Assembly (NCBI GenBank): GCA_037147175.1 | Contig: JBAWVS010000003.1 | Location: 9,864 to 73,863, forward strand | Direction: 5' to 3' | Source of the DNA: a bacterium | GTDB lineage: Bacteria; Cyanobacteriota; Vampirovibrionia; Gastranaerophilales; UBA9971 | Length of the DNA: 64,000 nucleotides | Shown: one piece after another, positions 57,507 to 64,000 of the stretch | Layout: each line of letters starts with the position of its first letter | Position numbering within the stretch: the stretch's first letter is position 1 | The notes under the pieces: generated by a model | What the model was told of the DNA's origin: nothing | The model's input: only the letters and a program-made list of their open reading frames with translations | The model's database searches: none | Program-made: the position numbers and the translations under genes

Positions 57507-57535
57507 ATTATAGACCTACTTTCTTAATATCACAA
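57507..57535 (-). promoter_or_regulatory. Sigma-70-type promoter TTGTGA - 17 nt - TATAAT
   Basis: -35 at 57535..57530 and -10 at 57512..57507 on the minus strand, about 30 nt upstream of the small-ORF ATG. Confidence 0.45.
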
Positions 57536-57615
57536 CAATAGTTCCGATTTTAAGAAAAAATAACAAGAAATGTTACGTTAATAAACATTTTAATCAAATA
57601 TGATAAAATTGTCTT

Positions 57616-58227
57616 ATGGACAAAAAAGAACCAATAACACTTGCAATAACTGCTGCAAGCGGAATAATTTTCGGTATTCGAACCCTTGAGTTCCTTCTAA
57701 GAAATGATTACAAGGTCGAACTTATAATATCTTCAAAAGCTTATTATATATTCGAACAGGAACTCGGGATCGAAATTTCGCATGATAAAAATATTATTAA
57801 GGGGCAAATCCTCGATTATTTGGATATTGATCCGAATATAGAAACTTTAAAAGTCTGGCTCGATGATGAAATATGGGCAAGTCCTGCCAGCGGGTCTTAT
57901 AAATCAACGGGGATGATAATTGCACCTGCAAGCATGGCCTCTATTGCCTCTATTGCTTCAGGATTATCCGAAAATCTTATTTCACGCACAGCGGATGTTT
58001 CAATTAAAGAAGAAAGAACTCTGGTTATCTCTCCGAGAGAAACCCCTTTTAGCGCAATTCATCTTGAAAATATGCTGAAATTATCAAAATTAAGAGTAAA
58101 AATTGTTCCGCCTATCATTGGTTTTTACGGAAAAATCAAAACACTGGAGGATGGAATAGATTTTGTTGTCGGCAAAACATTGGACGCTGCCGGCATCCCC
58201 AACGATTTATATGAAAGATGGAGTTAG
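57616..58227 (+). CDS. ubiX: Flavin prenyltransferase UbiX
   Basis: Motifs: LAITAASG, MIIAPASMASIASIASGLSENLISRTADVSIKEERTLVISPRETP, HLENMLKLS, PPIIGFY. Confidence 0.92.
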   Translation: MDKKEPITLAITAASGIIFGIRTLEFLLRNDYKVELIISSKAYYIFEQELGIEISHDKNIIKGQILDYLDIDPNIETLKVWLDDEIWASPASGSYKSTGMIIAPASMASIASIASGLSENLISRTADVSIKEERTLVISPRETPFSAIHLENMLKLSKLRVKIVPPIIGFYGKIKTLEDGIDFVVGKTLDAAGIPNDLYERWS

Positions 58228-58241
58228 GACTTAAATATTTT

Positions 58242-59474
58242 TTATTTTATGGCATCAAAAATTCTAAACATTGGAAGATACATGCCAACGATTACAGCTC
58301 CGACCATTCCTCCAAGAAAAACCATCATTACCGGTTCTAAAAGAGAAGTTAATGATTCAACTCCTGATTCAACTTCAGAATCATAGAAATCAGCTATTTT
58401 TGTGAGCATTAAATCAAGTTCACCTGTTTCTTCACCTATTGCAATCATTGACGTTACCATAGGCGGAAAAATTTCTGATTTTTCAAGCTGTTTATGAATC
58501 ATTCCGCCCTGTTTAACTTCTTCTTTTACATCCCTGACAGCTTTTGCAAGCACAGCATTACCGGAGGATTCTTCCACAATCTCAAGAGAAGTTAAAATAG
58601 GAACACCGCTTTTTATTAATGTTCCAAAAGTTCTGGTAAATCTAGCCACGGCGACTTTTTGCATAAGTCCTCCCGCAATGGGAAGCCCTAAAAAAAGTTT
58701 ATCAAAAAAATATTTTCCTCTTTCAAGCGAATAAATTTTCTTAAATCCGTACCCCAAAAAGCCAAAACTAATTATTAAAAGCAAAGATCCCGGTGATCTT
58801 AAGAATTGACTTAAATTAATTAAAAATTGTGTATAAGCAGGCAGTTCACTTCCAAGACGGGAGAAAATCTCAGAAAATTTCGGAAGAATAACAGTAAGCA
58901 TTACAAAGAATATTATAACTGCAAAAACGGAAACGACAGCAGGATAAGCCATAGCAGACTTGATTTTTGCAGAAAGCCTTGCCCTGTTCTCCATGAACAA
59001 TGCAATACGGTTCATAACTTCATCCAAAACGCCGCCTGTTTCTCCTGCCTTAATCATACTGACAAAAAGCCTGTCAAAAACAGACGGATGCTTTCCAAAC
59101 GCCTCGGAAAGGCTTATTCCCTGTTCAACATCATCTTTTACCTGTTTTAAGATTTTTGCCAATTTAGGATTTTCTGTCTGCAAAGATAGTATATTAAGCG
59201 ACCTCATCATTGCCACTCCTGCATTAACAAGCGCAGCAAATTGCCTGCAAAAAACAACCAGATCTTTGAGACCAACGCCCATTATTTCAGCAAAAATTCC
59301 GTCCAACTCAAAATCCAATAAAGCTTTTTTATTATTATTAATTAATTCAAGTTCTATTACCCACAACCCCCTTTCAAAAAGTTGTGTTTGAGCATTCTCA
59401 ATTGATTCAGCTATTACAACATTTTGATGCAAGGCTCCTTTTTCATCTCTAGCTTTATAGAGGAATTGAACCAT
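58242..59474 (-). CDS. pilC: Type IV pilus platform protein PilC (two T2SSF domains)
   Basis: 410 aa. Duplicated cytoplasmic domain plus three TM segments. Operon with pilT and pilB. Confidence 0.9.
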   Translation of the reverse strand: MVQFLYKARDEKGALHQNVVIAESIENAQTQLFERGLWVIELELINNNKKALLDFELDGIFAEIMGVGLKDLVVFCRQFAALVNAGVAMMRSLNILSLQTENPKLAKILKQVKDDVEQGISLSEAFGKHPSVFDRLFVSMIKAGETGGVLDEVMNRIALFMENRARLSAKIKSAMAYPAVVSVFAVIIFFVMLTVILPKFSEIFSRLGSELPAYTQFLINLSQFLRSPGSLLLIISFGFLGYGFKKIYSLERGKYFFDKLFLGLPIAGGLMQKVAVARFTRTFGTLIKSGVPILTSLEIVEESSGNAVLAKAVRDVKEEVKQGGMIHKQLEKSEIFPPMVTSMIAIGEETGELDLMLTKIADFYDSEVESGVESLTSLLEPVMMVFLGGMVGAVIVGMYLPMFRIFDAIK

Positions 59475-59527
59475 CTCATACTCCTTGTAGTGGTTGAATT
59501 AATTATTTTATGATCTTTCGATATTTT

Positions 59528-60598
59528 TTACAGGGTGTTTTCAATCATACGTTTCAAATCATCTGGACGACTTGACTTTGTCATTGCATCTTCAAACGTA
59601 ATCAGGTTTTTACCATAAAGTTCTTTAAGAGAAGCTTCCAGTGTCTGCATTTTATGAACACCGCCTGTTTGTATAGAAGAATATATCTGTACTGTTTTAC
59701 CTTCTCTTATAAGGTTTGAAATAGCAGGAGTAACAACCATTATTTCCTGAGCAAGAACTCGACCCTTTTTAGTGCCTTCCTGAGATATTTTTGGCAATAA
59801 AGTTTGGCTGAATACTCCGACTAAACTGTTTGAGAGCTGAATTCTTATTTGTTGCTGCTGTTCTGCGGGAAAAACGTCTACAATACGGTCAATTGTCTGG
59901 GAAGCAGAAGAGGTGTGAAGTGTTCCAAACACAAGGTGTCCGGTTTCTGCTGCGGTTAATGCAAGCGAAATTGTTTCAAGATCCCTCATCTCACCAACCA
60001 GAATAATATCGGGATCTTCCCTCAATGCCGCTCTTAGAGCATTGCTGAAACTTCTTGTATCATGACCGAGTTCTCTCTGGTGAATAACACTTCTTTTTGA
60101 ATAATGCAAAAATTCTATAGGATCTTCAATAGTAATAATATGCTCAACCCTATTTGTATTTACGTAGTCAATCATTGCTGCAAGCGTTGTAGACTTACCG
60201 CTACCTGTAGGACCGGTTACGAGAACAAGCCCTCTGGGCTTTTCTGCAAAGTCTTTTACAACTTCAGGCAGTCCTAATTGGTCAAATGAAGGAATATCCG
60301 TGGTAATTGTCCTCAAAGCAGCTGCAAAGTGTCCTCTTTCTCTATAAACGTTAATCCTAAAACGCCCTATAGCCTCAACACCATAACTGCAATCGAGTTC
60401 CCAGTTTTGTTCAAGTGTTCTTCTTTGTTCGCTTGAAAGCATGCTGTATATTATTTTTTCAACATCATCCTTTGTTAAAGGCGGGTGATCTACCCTGAGT
60501 AGTTTCCCGTCAATTCTTATAATTGGAGGTAAACCTACAGAAATGTGCAAATCACTTGCTTTTTTAGCAAATACTAAATTCAATAACTGCTCAATCAT
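59528..60598 (-). CDS. pilT: Type IV pilus retraction ATPase PilT
   Basis: Motifs: GPTGSGKSTT, LREDPDIILVGEMRD, TGHLVFGTLHTSSA, AISNLIREGK. Confidence 0.92.
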   Translation of the reverse strand: MIEQLLNLVFAKKASDLHISVGLPPIIRIDGKLLRVDHPPLTKDDVEKIIYSMLSSEQRRTLEQNWELDCSYGVEAIGRFRINVYRERGHFAAALRTITTDIPSFDQLGLPEVVKDFAEKPRGLVLVTGPTGSGKSTTLAAMIDYVNTNRVEHIITIEDPIEFLHYSKRSVIHQRELGHDTRSFSNALRAALREDPDIILVGEMRDLETISLALTAAETGHLVFGTLHTSSASQTIDRIVDVFPAEQQQQIRIQLSNSLVGVFSQTLLPKISQEGTKKGRVLAQEIMVVTPAISNLIREGKTVQIYSSIQTGGVHKMQTLEASLKELYGKNLITFEDAMTKSSRPDDLKRMIENTL

Positions 60599-60602
60599 AA
60601 CT

Positions 60603-62660
60603 TTATAACTCCTCTTTCTCTAACTTTCTTTTTTTATTATTTATTAAATCAATATAACACCACGGACAGTTTCTCATATCATTTGAAATATCGCCACCAC
60701 AATTTTCACACAATGTATCAGCAATATCATCTATAAGTTTTAAACCACAACATGTACAAGAAATCCAGCCTTCTTGAATTGTACTGCCGCACCTTTTACA
60801 GGTTTTTTTAAGTTCGTACTGACAGAAAGGACATTTGTAAAATTCTTCTCCAACAGGTTTTCCACATCCCGGACAAAAAGCCGAAGCTCCTTCTCCTGTA
60901 AAAGTAACCCTTATCACCTCATCAATAGTTGTAAGTCCTTCCTTTGCTAGGTTAATACTGTACTCAACAAGAGTTTTCATCCCTGATTGTTGTGCGGCAT
61001 ATCTTAAGATGGCTGTATTTGCACCTTTTGCAATCAAATTACGAAGATCATCATTTATCTTCATAACTTCAAAAGCCCCGATACGCCCTTTGTATCCAGT
61101 CCAGTTGCATTTTTCACAACCTTTTCCTTTGTAATAACTTCCATTACCGGAAGTCCCTACTGCATGAGACACACTCGTCTCACTTCCTATACCAAGGAAT
61201 TTAAGCGTTTTCTCATCAGGATAGTATTCTTCTTTGCAATTAGGACAAATTCTTCTTAATAATCTTTGAGCGATTATGCCTATTGTCGAACTTGAAATCA
61301 GGAAGGGTTCAACATCCATTTCCTGCAATCTCATAACAGCGCCCGGTGCATCATTTGTATGAAGCGTTGTAAACACAAGGTGTCCAGTAAGAGCAGCTTC
61401 TATTGATATTTTTGCTGTTTCTTTGTCTCTTGTTTCCCCTACAAGCATAATATCAGGATCCTGCCGAAGAAATGCCCTTAATATTTTTGCAAAATCAAGC
61501 CCTATTGTTTTGTTTACTTCTGTCTGTGTAATTCCTTGAAGATCGTACTCTATAGGATCTTCAGCCGTGGAAATATTTACTTCGGGGGTATTTCTTTCAC
61601 TCAAAGCGCTGTAAAGAGTTGTAGTTTTTCCGCTTCCTGTCGGTCCTGTAACAAAAATTATGCCAAAAGGTCTGCTTATCATTTCTTTTACAATGTTTAA
61701 GGTTTCCCTGTCGGAAATAATATTATCAAGACCGAGAGAAATGCTTGATTTATCAAGGATTCTCATTACTATTTTTTCACCAAATTTACCCGGCAGCGTA
61801 GATACACGAAAATCTATAACTTTATTAGCCATTTTTACTCTAATTCTACCGTCTTGAGGGAGTCTTCTCTCCGCAATATCCAAATCAGACATAATTTTAT
61901 ATCTTGAAACAAGTGCATTTTGAACTTTTTTGGGAATTAATTTATATACGCTTAAAACCCCGTCTTGTCTAAATCTGACCATAAGGTCCTTTTCTCTGGG
62001 CTCTATATGAATATCGCTGACACTTCTTTTTATGGCAACGCCCAGAATACTGTTTGCAAGCTGAATAATAGGGGCTTCTTCGGCAGAATCGGTAAGATCT
62101 GCAACATCAATATTATCAGGACCGCCTTCTAGAAGGTCTATTCCCATTGAAGAAATAAGTTCATCGGCATTTTGCTCGATTACCAATGTTTTTTCTTCTT
62201 CATGCTTTGAGAATTTCAGGGCAATAAACCTGTTAAAATCATCTTCGAGCATAACGGTTTTTTTTATGCTGACGTCTTTAAACTCTCTAAGCCTGTCCTT
62301 TATTTCTTTTTCGGCAACTATATTATTAGGATCCACCATCGCAAGAGTAAAAACATTTCCTGATTTTTTCAAAGGCAGAAATTTATTATTTATTATTAAC
62401 TCTTTGGTAAATAAATTTAATAATTCAAAATCAAACTCTGTAACGGACAAATCCGTAAAAGTTACACCATATTGAATTTCAAGAGCTGCTTTTATCTGAA
62501 AATAAAGTTCTTCTCTGTCAATTATTTTCAAGTCGCTAATTGACTCAAGCAAAGTACTTTTTGTTTTTCTTGTATGCTCAATCACCTGACTTAACTGATC
62601 TTCAGTTAATATTCCGGCATTTAACAATATATCATTCAAAAAGCTTTTCACTGCTTGCAT
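60603..62660 (-). CDS. pilB: Type IV pilus assembly ATPase PilB/GspE-type, with extra C-terminal triple zinc-ribbon tail
   Basis: N-terminal T2SSE_N-like domain. GPTGSGKTTT, LRQDPDIMLVGETRD, TGHLVFTTLHTNDA. Canonical CPNC...CEKC tetracysteine. Then a 98-aa tail with CPGC..CPFC, CKRC..CTCC, CENC..CPWC. Confidence 0.9.
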   Translation of the reverse strand: MQAVKSFLNDILLNAGILTEDQLSQVIEHTRKTKSTLLESISDLKIIDREELYFQIKAALEIQYGVTFTDLSVTEFDFELLNLFTKELIINNKFLPLKKSGNVFTLAMVDPNNIVAEKEIKDRLREFKDVSIKKTVMLEDDFNRFIALKFSKHEEEKTLVIEQNADELISSMGIDLLEGGPDNIDVADLTDSAEEAPIIQLANSILGVAIKRSVSDIHIEPREKDLMVRFRQDGVLSVYKLIPKKVQNALVSRYKIMSDLDIAERRLPQDGRIRVKMANKVIDFRVSTLPGKFGEKIVMRILDKSSISLGLDNIISDRETLNIVKEMISRPFGIIFVTGPTGSGKTTTLYSALSERNTPEVNISTAEDPIEYDLQGITQTEVNKTIGLDFAKILRAFLRQDPDIMLVGETRDKETAKISIEAALTGHLVFTTLHTNDAPGAVMRLQEMDVEPFLISSSTIGIIAQRLLRRICPNCKEEYYPDEKTLKFLGIGSETSVSHAVGTSGNGSYYKGKGCEKCNWTGYKGRIGAFEVMKINDDLRNLIAKGANTAILRYAAQQSGMKTLVEYSINLAKEGLTTIDEVIRVTFTGEGASAFCPGCGKPVGEEFYKCPFCQYELKKTCKRCGSTIQEGWISCTCCGLKLIDDIADTLCENCGGDISNDMRNCPWCYIDLINNKKRKLEKEEL

Positions 62661-62670
62661 TTAGCTATTC

Positions 62671-63996
62671 CTATTCATGATAAATTTTTTCTATTTTAGT
62701 AAAATCATCGGAAATTTTAATTAAACCATCCGCAGGAGTTGTAAATGCGGAGATTTCATCATTGAATTTCTGTATTGTAATAACTTCTTCAGAATTAAAA
62801 ACTGTTATTCTTGTTAATTTCGAGAGCTGCATATTCATTAAAAATACTTTAAGATTTTCAAATAAAGCCGCTGAAATTATCGCCAGTTTTTCGGATTTTT
62901 CATCTTTATTTGTTGATTTAACAAGTTTTCCTGAACCATCTGATACCGCAAAGTTTTTTATCTGATTAAGTTCAACAAGAGGAGTCAAATCTGATTCCGA
63001 GATTAATTTATTCTCAATAAAACCGCCCAATTCAGTATAATCCACATGCTTAAAGGCTTTGTCACATATTGAAAACAAAAATTCATCATTAGTTTTTATT
63101 ATGAAATTATTGGAATTTTCTGTTTCAAAATATATTTTTTGCGGATTTTTAAAAGAAATTTGTGCCAGATAATTTTGCAAAGTATGATAAGCTCCGGCAA
63201 CTAATGCTCCTGTAATATGCATTTTCATTGTCTGATTGCCCGTATACAGAAGTGTTTCAGGAGGACAAAGACTGTTTTGCAGGGAATTTGCTTTCTCGTT
63301 ATCCTGATTGCTCGCCAGAATAAAACCGCCTTTATCAATCAAGGCAATCTCTTTTATGTGATTAAATTCCTGTTTTAGTTTATTAAATTTTTCATATATT
63401 TGTTCCCCGCAAGCAGACGAAAATATATTTGTCTTGCCTTCGGCATTTCCTTCAGCAACGGCTGCGCTTGACTCTATAACTCCTTCAATATCTCTGTTAT
63501 TGACAAGAAGCTTTCCTATGGCAGCTATCTTGCCTTTAGAGTCATTTTCTTTTGAAACAGGTGCCGAAACAAGCCTTATATCAGTTGGAATAAAATCAAA
63601 ATATTCATTATCATCTTCTTGAGAGGGCAATGAAGATATTTTATTTTCATGACTAACCTCTTTAAAGTCTATTGAGGGAAGCGATTCAAGCTCAACAATC
63701 TCATCAGTTGCTATTAAAATTTTTTCTTTATTTATATCTGTTTCAGTACGGACTTCATCTTCATTTAATCTAAAAAACACTTCCTTACTTTGAGATTCTT
63801 GAGTATTTTGACTTTCATTTTTTGCCTGAGGATAAAGTTTTTGATACAAAGACTCCGGTTTTTCCGCGATAGCTTCTTCAATTTTATTTATAATTGGTTT
63901 TGTCGGCTCAGCAATTTTGACTCCTTCAAAAGAAATTATTTCAGGCTGAGCAGCCTCAACATTATTTTCAAGTTGTTTTTCGTTTTTATTCTGCAC
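62671..63996 (-). CDS. Hypothetical protein: acidic low-complexity N-terminal half plus two Roadblock/LC7-like modules; the start may lie beyond the window
   Basis: GTG start 4 nt from the window edge, with the frame still open upstream. C-terminal segments IKEIALIDKGGFILASNQ...ALVAGAYHTL...FIIKTNDEFLFSI and IKNFAVSDGSGKLVKST...LAIISAALFENL...ITIQKFNDEISAFT fit the Roadblock pattern by eye only. Confidence 0.55.
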   Translation of the reverse strand: MQNKNEKQLENNVEAAQPEIISFEGVKIAEPTKPIINKIEEAIAEKPESLYQKLYPQAKNESQNTQESQSKEVFFRLNEDEVRTETDINKEKILIATDEIVELESLPSIDFKEVSHENKISSLPSQEDDNEYFDFIPTDIRLVSAPVSKENDSKGKIAAIGKLLVNNRDIEGVIESSAAVAEGNAEGKTNIFSSACGEQIYEKFNKLKQEFNHIKEIALIDKGGFILASNQDNEKANSLQNSLCPPETLLYTGNQTMKMHITGALVAGAYHTLQNYLAQISFKNPQKIYFETENSNNFIIKTNDEFLFSICDKAFKHVDYTELGGFIENKLISESDLTPLVELNQIKNFAVSDGSGKLVKSTNKDEKSEKLAIISAALFENLKVFLMNMQLSKLTRITVFNSEEVITIQKFNDEISAFTTPADGLIKISDDFTKIEKIYHE

Positions 63997-64000
63997 TTTT

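Overview
AT-rich (about one-third G+C by eye), densely coding bacterial chromosomal window. I count about 55 protein genes and one tRNA. There is no rRNA, CRISPR array, transposase or integrase. Most of the content is core housekeeping:
- Envelope and proteostasis genes: partial AsmA-like protein, HtrA, PBP1A.
- A recA-rny-ymdB block and a stand-alone dnaK.
- A co-directional minus-strand supercluster: purC-S-Q-L-F-M-D-E, tRNA-Lys(UUU), purA, and a his cluster (hisC-HAD fusion, hisB, hisH, hisF, hisA-hisI-hisE fusion, hisD). No hisG was seen.
- Two glycosyltransferases plus an MFS transporter, recO, a DHH/NrnA-like gene and ubiX.
- A pilB-pilT-pilC type IV pilus motor operon.
- c-di-GMP parts: two PilZ proteins flanking a TPR protein, and one GGDEF protein.
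- A CoA-disulfide-reductase/rhodanese/TusA/DsrE-like fusion next to an ArsR regulator.

Diderm-type genes together with a cyanobacterial-looking RecA suggest a Melainabacteria-like lineage. That is only an impression and cannot be verified here.

By hand I found several promoters with an extended -10 (TGnTATAAT-like), intrinsic terminators and small ORFs that are missing from the ORF track.

The most interesting locus is the 343-nt structured gap between hisC and hisB. It has a 28-codon hydrophobic ORF behind a 13-nt perfect Shine-Dalgarno (SD) sequence, its own terminator, and a convergent antisense unit with its own promoter and terminator. This looks like a type I toxin-antitoxin module. 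A transcription attenuator is the main alternative.

Other points worth a second look:
- unusual his-gene fusions;
- a kinase-like ORF split by a single in-frame TAA;
- two ORFs that seem to need ATT/ATC start codons;
- an activase/mini-dehydratase pair;
- PilB with three extra zinc ribbons, preceded by a protein with Roadblock-like modules.

All functional calls rest on motifs I read in the translations. No database search was possible.
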